Both the position numbers and the translations under genes were made by a program. This document shows positions 57,586 to 64,000 of a stretch of 64,000 bases of DNA, one piece after another. Position 1 is the stretch's first letter. The number at the start of each line of letters is the position of its first letter. A model generated the notes under the pieces. It was not told the origin of the DNA. It saw nothing but the letters and a program-made list of their open reading frames with translations, and did no database searches. This DNA comes from Candidatus Thorarchaeota archaeon. Lineage in GTDB: Archaea > Asgardarchaeota > Thorarchaeia > Thorarchaeales > Thorarchaeaceae. The DNA lies in the NCBI GenBank assembly GCA_048882485.1, contig JBHLRP010000001.1, positions 224,001-288,000 on the forward strand. Direction: 5' to 3'.

Positions 57586-57628
57586 ACTATTCTACTAATG
57601 TAATAGTATATATTCTACTAGTAGAATA
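57586..57628. promoter_or_regulatory. Tandem palindromic operator upstream of padR
   Basis: Perfect 18-bp palindrome TATTCTACTAGTAGAATA (57611-57628) and an imperfect copy TATTCTACTAATGTAATA (57588-57605), 23 bp apart. Confidence 0.7.
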
Positions 57629-57706
57629 GAATATAAGTCTTCCTTCTCAGTGGAATCCTACTCCATGCGAAGATACGCAGCACATAAAACCTAGATTGAG
57701 GAAGAA

Positions 57707-58471
57707 ATGTCTACCTTGACGTCAGATCCAAGATTGCTATACCCCGTTTCATGGATTTGCGAAAGCAAGTCAGTGACCGAATATCTCAGGAAGCAGTTTG
57801 CAGCGCAGGATAGCGAAGAACTACTCATCGCTGATTTTGCTTCAGGAGAGAATGATAGAATCCCAAGCTTCATTCTTAGAGTGCTACCTGATTTCATTTC
57901 GAACGTTGATTTCTCTATTAGGAGGATTATTACCTATAGCACTGACTTGCATGGATTGCGTCTGGATAGTCTCTTTGGGCTATTTCAAGAGCAGCATTTG
58001 GAGGGCCGCGCAAGAGCAGTTCACGCCAGACTGGAGAGTATGGTGACCGAGGCATCATATCGTTTGGAACAAGCTGAATACCTAAATGAGCATCAGCAAG
58101 AGTTGACTATCTTGGACAAACGTATCATAGAGGAAAAGGGGATTGGGGAAGATGTATTCGATCTTGGATTCTTGAACAACGATGTCATAGGGTATCTGTT
58201 TGAATATTACAAGGCATATTCTGATGCATTAACTAGCTTGGATGCAGTTCAGAAGACAATGAAACCGGGAAGTCTCCTGATAGTGACACAACCCTGCTCC
58301 CTCTATCCAGTAGACAACCTCGATGTTCTCGGTCGTGTAGGATTCTCATTCATTGAGGGAATAGATGTAGAACTGGATTCTGGGGAAGTCACATTGATTA
58401 GTGATGATGCTGAGTTGGACACTCTAAGTCGTATAGGACACTATACGTATCTCGTTCTAACAAAGGCATGA
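57707..58471 (+). CDS. Hypothetical protein with class I SAM-methyltransferase-like fold
   Basis: IADFASGE motif-I-like segment, FDLGF, MKPGSLLIV. Confidence 0.6.
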   Translation: MSTLTSDPRLLYPVSWICESKSVTEYLRKQFAAQDSEELLIADFASGENDRIPSFILRVLPDFISNVDFSIRRIITYSTDLHGLRLDSLFGLFQEQHLEGRARAVHARLESMVTEASYRLEQAEYLNEHQQELTILDKRIIEEKGIGEDVFDLGFLNNDVIGYLFEYYKAYSDALTSLDAVQKTMKPGSLLIVTQPCSLYPVDNLDVLGRVGFSFIEGIDVELDSGEVTLISDDAELDTLSRIGHYTYLVLTKA

Positions 58472-58903
58472 ATGGTTGGCTCTAACTTGGGCTGCTCTAG
58501 AATGATCGAACTAGCAGCCAAACATGGAGATGAGCTAAACGTAGCTTGCGATTTCAGTCCAGAGCAGACAGAGGCAATCTTCACTCAGCTTTCTAGGTTC
58601 GCTGAGAAGCATGGGAGAAAACCGGAGAGTGTAGCAAAGTCTGTTGGAATCTGGACTCGAATTTTAAGGTCAGAAAATGAAATGGAAGAGAAGATCAAGA
58701 AGGGCGCTGTTGCTCGAGGGGTGTCTGAGGAAGCATACCGGAAAAGGTTAGCATCTTCTATTTGGGGAACACCTGATATCGTTGCTGAGAAGGTGGGACA
58801 ATACAAGGATCAGGGAGTTTCAGAAGTCATTCTCATTTTTCCATATGGTGAGAAAAGGGAACAGATTGCGATGCTTGGTGAGTCAGTACTCCCTCGACTC
58901 TGA
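58472..58903 (+). pseudogene. C-terminal fragment of an LLM-class (luciferase-like, F420/flavin) oxidoreductase
   Basis: RMIELAAKHGDELN, GRKPESV, GTPDIVAEKVGQYKDQGV and VLPRL match the C-terminal half only. The N-terminal half is absent. Confidence 0.65.
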
Positions 58904-58953
58904 ACTGACCTCTTCATGATCTCAGCAAATACTGATATACCAGCATCCTGTGT

Positions 58954-61900
58954 ATGGACACGGGGCAAAAGGGAATGCATGAGGAGCTTACTCGAAGTAT
59001 TCGCGATTACGATTCTGCATCAATTCGTGATATTGTTGAAAATCTCACCAAGTCAGAAGGCTGGGCAAAGGTATTCCAATATCTAAGACAAGAGCTCATC
59101 GAGGTTTTTTCCGATAGATGGTTTGGATTGAATCTCATCATTCTCGAAATATTCGAAATGCCTGAACTAATCGGATATGATGGTGATTTTATTCAGATTC
59201 TCGAAGATGCTCCAGACACAAAGCGATTCCAAGATCTAGAGAAGTGGATAACTGACTCATTTATTGATGCTGTATCCACAAATATCATCAATAATGGACC
59301 AACCATCTTTTACGACTTAGAACGAATGCAGACAAGCCGGACAGCGAAGTCAGTAGATTCAATTCTAAAGCGTAGAAGGGAGGAATTCGCAGCCGGCGTT
59401 TCAATCTTCAATGAAATCAAATACAAATCAGATTCGGGTGATATCTGGGAGCCACTCTATACCACAGCTTATGGCTTCCAGCTTCTTGATTCTCTTGCAG
59501 AGCAAAATATCTGGGGAGAGAAGTACATCACCAAAGTGACTGATTCTCTTAATGAGATCTGCAGGAATCTGGAGATCATTTTGGATGATGTGACTGACAT
59601 AGATTCTGTTGTTATCAGTGATAGGATGAAGACCTTGGCTGATGCGCTATCAGATTTGAAGACAGGAGACCCTGGTCCTGGAGCTGCTGTTTGGACCAGC
59701 GGTTACGTTTCTCCTTACCAAATGTTCGAGGATGAGCTCTTCATTCATTGGATTATGGATTTCGGGCCTATAGACAAGTCAATCGATGCCTTAGGAGAGC
59801 TCGGAGGAACCCGTGCCAGTAATCTGCTATTGTCATTGCTATCCGGTGAACTCGGTGATAAACTGGAGAGCCATATCAAGGATTCTCAATATGCAGAGCC
59901 ATGGTGGATGGGAGAAACCCACGAAAGAATCCTCAAAGCATTGCAGGAAATCAATATCGAATCGGACGTGTCAATATTACTGAGCTTCATCGATGGACTT
60001 AGCTGGCGAACGGATGTTGATGCTGATCCCTATGTGTATGGCAGTTCATTGAAGGCCTTCTCCCTAGCCATTGACATGGTCCCTGAATCATACAAGGATA
60101 AGATTCGGCCGAAGCTACGGGAATTCCTGGGTGCAATCAGTTGGGAATGGCCCAATTGGGCACACCGAGGCAGCATAGGAGGGTGGGCTGCCCAGAAGCT
60201 TGTTGAGTTATTCGGAGTGGGCGCTGTTGATTCTCTGGTTCCTTGTATTCTCTGGGATCATCCAAAGTTCGATGCTCGAAATCTCAGTCAATCACCGGAT
60301 CCCCGGATAATAGAGCCGTTGATTTCTCTTGGATCTCCTGCAATACCCAAGATTCTGGAATCTACCAACAAATACCTGAAGGATTTTCCATATTACGAGC
60401 GGCGATTTCTAGAGCAGGTTGAACTGATTATTACAAAAATCTGGGATTCGGATATCTCAAAAGCTCCTGGCTCAGACGCATCGGAATTTGCCGACTTCTT
60501 TTTCTCGAGTATTCCGGATATAATTCCACTAATTGGGGAGGCAATGGCAAAGACTTTGGGAATTCAGAATGCTAAGCTTGGTACGCTTGCGATTTGTGGA
60601 TTGATTGCAAAGAGCGAAACAAGGAGCGATAGGGATTATGAAGACTGGTATGGTGATTGGGTTGTGAATCCTGTGCAATGGGCAAAGCATCTGGGATTTG
60701 CTTTTGATAGGCAGGCCATAATTGAAGGTATTAATCATGAGAGTCAACTTGTCCAATTGGGATCAATCTTTCTGTTGCCTGAAGGAGACTTATCGAAATC
60801 AGGGCCAGAGGTCCTGCAAAGCCTTGTTGTCGCATTTCTGGACGTCCTCAAGAAGGAGGATACAAGATCGGCAAACTATCCATTTGTTAGCGTGGTTGAT
60901 AGCTTGGCGGAAAGCATCTGTAAGCTCCTGGTCAAAATCGATTTGTCACAACTTGAGACTCTGCTGCACGATGAAGATGAAAATGTGAGGTTTGCTGCGA
61001 ATATCATCGTAGGGAAGCTCCCGTATGTTCATCAAGGTGCTTCTGCTCTGAAGAAAGCGGGACTTACGGGCTTTGCACATTTCTTCACTATGAATCTGAC
61101 AAACGATTTGAATCGCTGGTTTGACTATCTTGACGAGATCGATTTCTGGAGGCTTTCGTCAATAAGGAAGAATCAAACAATTGCGAAACACTTGCCTTTT
61201 CTTGGTCAATCAGAAGTGATTGATTTTGATCGAATTGCGGACTTGTTGAGAAAATCAAAAATGCCTTGGAAAATAATCCATGCTATTAGGGATTACCCAG
61301 GCATCTTGGAAAACCCCTCAATCTTTGAGGCACTCGAAATATTGAAGCCATATATCCTAGAGAAACTTCAAACTAGGCGTGAATACTTGGTGGAAGAAAT
61401 TCTGGCGCCTCTTTTGCAGATCGATCTATTTATGGAAGACGAAGTCATTGTCAACAAGGCAAAATGGCTGGAATCTAGAACGGATTCAGACATTCTTGCC
61501 CAACTCCAAGAATCGATTTCAATCTATACGAGCGAAAAGCCGCCTGTTGGCGAATATGGCCAAATAACCATCTGTAGTCAGAGCGGATTTGAAAATGCAC
61601 TACGTTCAACTCGTATCAAGGAGCTTCATTCAATTGGATTACGTAAAATCAAACTTGATGGCATTTCAGTATTGAAGAATCTTAAAGCGTTGGATTTGGG
61701 GTATAATCAGATTGAGGTAATTGATCTTCGCCCAATTAGGGGGATGCCAAAGCTTGAGTCATTGAGGTTGCATAACAATATTCTCAGAAAAGTTGACTTC
61801 ACCCCGTTAGCCGATTGTCCGGGGCTCAGATATCTTCACCTAAATAATAATCATATTCGCAAAATCGACCTTGCACCCCTTACTTATACGCCCAAATTGA

Positions 61901-62088
61901 ATAAGGTGGAACTCCAGGGAAATATGCTATCGAGGATTGATTTGACTCCACTCAAGACATCCAAATTCATAGAAGTATATGCTGATTTGAAGACAAAGCT
62001 TCTATGTGACGGTCAGGAATTTCGGGGTGAAATATGTGAGTGGGGTACTTACAAGTTCGTCAAATTAGGAAAGTCCGTCAACCATTAA
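58954..62088 (+). CDS. Large helical-repeat (HEAT-like) protein with C-terminal LRRs
   Basis: ALGELGG and LLHDEDENVRFAA HEAT-like segments, plus about six LRRs (LKALDLGYNQIEVIDLRPI). Confidence 0.8.
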   Translation: MDTGQKGMHEELTRSIRDYDSASIRDIVENLTKSEGWAKVFQYLRQELIEVFSDRWFGLNLIILEIFEMPELIGYDGDFIQILEDAPDTKRFQDLEKWITDSFIDAVSTNIINNGPTIFYDLERMQTSRTAKSVDSILKRRREEFAAGVSIFNEIKYKSDSGDIWEPLYTTAYGFQLLDSLAEQNIWGEKYITKVTDSLNEICRNLEIILDDVTDIDSVVISDRMKTLADALSDLKTGDPGPGAAVWTSGYVSPYQMFEDELFIHWIMDFGPIDKSIDALGELGGTRASNLLLSLLSGELGDKLESHIKDSQYAEPWWMGETHERILKALQEINIESDVSILLSFIDGLSWRTDVDADPYVYGSSLKAFSLAIDMVPESYKDKIRPKLREFLGAISWEWPNWAHRGSIGGWAAQKLVELFGVGAVDSLVPCILWDHPKFDARNLSQSPDPRIIEPLISLGSPAIPKILESTNKYLKDFPYYERRFLEQVELIITKIWDSDISKAPGSDASEFADFFFSSIPDIIPLIGEAMAKTLGIQNAKLGTLAICGLIAKSETRSDRDYEDWYGDWVVNPVQWAKHLGFAFDRQAIIEGINHESQLVQLGSIFLLPEGDLSKSGPEVLQSLVVAFLDVLKKEDTRSANYPFVSVVDSLAESICKLLVKIDLSQLETLLHDEDENVRFAANIIVGKLPYVHQGASALKKAGLTGFAHFFTMNLTNDLNRWFDYLDEIDFWRLSSIRKNQTIAKHLPFLGQSEVIDFDRIADLLRKSKMPWKIIHAIRDYPGILENPSIFEALEILKPYILEKLQTRREYLVEEILAPLLQIDLFMEDEVIVNKAKWLESRTDSDILAQLQESISIYTSEKPPVGEYGQITICSQSGFENALRSTRIKELHSIGLRKIKLDGISVLKNLKALDLGYNQIEVIDLRPIRGMPKLESLRLHNNILRKVDFTPLADCPGLRYLHLNNNHIRKIDLAPLTYTPKLNKVELQGNMLSRIDLTPLKTSKFIEVYADLKTKLLCDGQEFRGEICEWGTYKFVKLGKSVNH

Positions 62089-62567
62089 TCTCGAGTCCTT
62101 TTCCATGTTCCAAGTAGGTACTTCAGTTGGCCGAAGTGTTCAGTTTCATGTGAGAAATTGAGGAGATACTTAGCGACAGCCAATGCACGGTCCACCTCTC
62201 GAACTGAATCACGTCCTGCAATCATATCATCGAGAAATCCCATTGACACTTCTTGAGTCTGCTTCAGGAGTTCAATCGCTTCTGATATTCCCAACAACTC
62301 ATCTTTTGTGAATTCATATGCCTCGACCCCAGGTTTGTATATTGCAACTTTCTCTGGAGTAATGAACTGAGGGAATTTGAATCCGGGTATCTTATCTGTG
62401 ACCATTAATTTCTCAAAAGCAGAGATATGCGGCAGAATCCATGCAGCTGCGTTTGATTTGGATGTTGGCTGATAGAAGTAACTTCCATCATCGAATTTGC
62501 CCAGATATGCAATCAAGCTCTCTCGAAGTCTCGTATACATTGATTTGACTAATTCCAAATCGTTCAT
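62085..62567 (-). CDS. DinB-family protein
   Basis: SNAAAWILPHI...E and HETEHFGQL metal-binding histidines. ATG 62567 is preferred as start. Confidence 0.82.
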   Translation of the reverse strand: MNDLELVKSMYTRLRESLIAYLGKFDDGSYFYQPTSKSNAAAWILPHISAFEKLMVTDKIPGFKFPQFITPEKVAIYKPGVEAYEFTKDELLGISEAIELLKQTQEVSMGFLDDMIAGRDSVREVDRALAVAKYLLNFSHETEHFGQLKYLLGTWKRTRD

Positions 62568-62648
62568 AGTTGCTGCACAATCAATATCCCAGATATATCT
62601 GTAGGATTTCTGGAAACACACTTAGGGGGCTCTGCAACCTTAGAATCC

Positions 62649-64000
62649 ATGACCTCACTGCAATCCCATTTCCGGAAGTTCTTGGCTGTTGAAGCAGCTG
62701 GAGGTGCAAGTTGGCATCCAGATGGCTCTAGCATTGCGTTTATCTATGATGCCCCTGGCGTGTTCCAGATTTACACTGTACCTATTGAGAAGAACAGAAC
62801 CATTTGGCCAACAAGAATTTCCTTTGAGAATGATCGCTGCACAAATCCAAAGTACTTGAGTGATTGCACATTGCTCTTCACAATGGACAAAGGCGGCGAT
62901 GAGAATTTCCAAATTGCCAAGATTGACTCAGATATGGCTCTTGAATGGATCACGTCTGATTCAGCTGCTAAACACATCATTAACCGTGTATCAAATAGTA
63001 GCTACTTCTTCATCGCCAATATCGAGGATAAAGCTCGGTTCGACATCTACCATCATAGGCTTCCTATAGATAGAACTCGACCTGAAATCGTATTTAAGCC
63101 CGAAGAGGGATTATGCCAAGTAGGCACTGTTTCTACCAACGAGAAGCACGCAATTATAGAGCAATACTTCGGTAACAACAATGTGAATCTTCTCTATCTT
63201 GACATTGCTGGTCGCGAAGCCAAAAACCTGACGAAATCCTTGGGAGAGTCCCGAACGAATCGGTGGGAGGCTATTCGATGGATAGACAAGGACCATATTC
63301 TTGTTGCTACCGACTATGACCATGATATGATGCGCCTGAGTGTTCTATCCCTCTCAGGTGATTTTCTTCCCTTGAATGAAATTGAAGCCTCAGTGAAACA
63401 TGAGTTCGACTATGCAGCCTATTCTCCCGAATCAACTCATACCTATTTCATTCTGAATGAGGGAGGTTTCTCCAGCCTCTGGCGAGGCACATTTGCGGCT
63501 GATGGCGTTCGAGGGCTGGATAGGATTGAATTGCCAACAGGAGCAGTTATTGTGCGTGGTGACTCACGATCCTTTCAGGACTCCTTGAGTCTTTCACCGA
63601 ATCATGAGCTTATGGCTATGACAATGAGCACTGCGACTTCGCCTACCAATATCTGGATTCTTGATCTTGATGACCATTCATCATGGAAGGCTACGGACGT
63701 CGGAACTGCAGGTCTCAACCCATCTTCATTTGTTAATGCCTCCCTTCATAACTTTCTTAGCTTTGATAGTTTGCCCATCTCCTATTTCCGATATATTCCA
63801 AAAGGCGACATGCCTGAGAAAGGGTGGCCCGCCATTCTTATGATACATGGAGGTCCTGAGGCTCAGATTCTCCCCAGCTTTCAAGAGATAATTCAGTTCT
63901 TTCTATCCGCAGGGTTCGCAATATTTGCACCCAATATTCGTGGAAGCGCGGGCTATGGACGGGCGTATATGGACATGGATAATGTGGAGAAGCGCCTGGA
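62649..64000 (+). CDS. S9-family (acylaminoacyl/prolyl oligo-) peptidase, 3'-partial, not in the ORF track
   Basis: Translated by hand: MTSLQSHFRKFLAVEAAGGASWHPDGSSIAF... beta-propeller, then in the same frame WPAILMIHGGPEAQ and APNIRGSAGYGRAY. Runs off the window end. Confidence 0.9.
   Translation, partial: MTSLQSHFRKFLAVEAAGGASWHPDGSSIAFIYDAPGVFQIYTVPIEKNRTIWPTRISFENDRCTNPKYLSDCTLLFTMDKGGDENFQIAKIDSDMALEWITSDSAAKHIINRVSNSSYFFIANIEDKARFDIYHHRLPIDRTRPEIVFKPEEGLCQVGTVSTNEKHAIIEQYFGNNNVNLLYLDIAGREAKNLTKSLGESRTNRWEAIRWIDKDHILVATDYDHDMMRLSVLSLSGDFLPLNEIEASVKHEFDYAAYSPESTHTYFILNEGGFSSLWRGTFAADGVRGLDRIELPTGAVIVRGDSRSFQDSLSLSPNHELMAMTMSTATSPTNIWILDLDDHSSWKATDVGTAGLNPSSFVNASLHNFLSFDSLPISYFRYIPKGDMPEKGWPAILMIHGGPEAQILPSFQEIIQFFLSAGFAIFAPNIRGSAGYGRAYMDMDNVEKRL

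Overview
This is a gene-dense archaeal chromosomal segment that most likely comes from an Asgard archaeon (Thorarchaeia-like). That assignment is inferred from two Rab-like small GTPases, an alpha-arrestin-like protein, 'IDLSPL'-type LRR proteins, TPR proteins, sequon-rich C-terminally anchored surface proteins, iorAB and frequent TTG/GTG starts. Main content: (1) surface and TPR proteins plus an FtsX-type ABC system (1-10 kb). (2) Two thiol/iron redox clusters (11-16 kb and 26.6-29.5 kb). (3) Peptide and amino-acid catabolism: iorAB, mmsA, an M32 carboxypeptidase, two isoaspartyl peptidases and an S9 peptidase. (4) A DsrEFH/DsrE/TusA sulfur-relay cluster with a 43-bp palindromic tandem array in its divergent promoter. 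(5) An orphan glycyl-radical enzyme facing a polytopic histidine kinase. (6) The best candidate for an undescribed system: a four-gene minus-strand module encoding PadR (with a perfect 18-bp palindrome upstream), a BtrH-like Cys hydrolase, an asymmetric tandem-fused double UvrA and a QW-repeat alpha/alpha-barrel protein, with no uvrB/uvrC in the window. Two genes missing from the ORF track were added: a 54-aa ribbon-helix-helix protein and a 3'-partial S9 peptidase. No rRNA, tRNA, CRISPR array or transposase was recognised. All family assignments come from reading motifs by eye, not from database searches.
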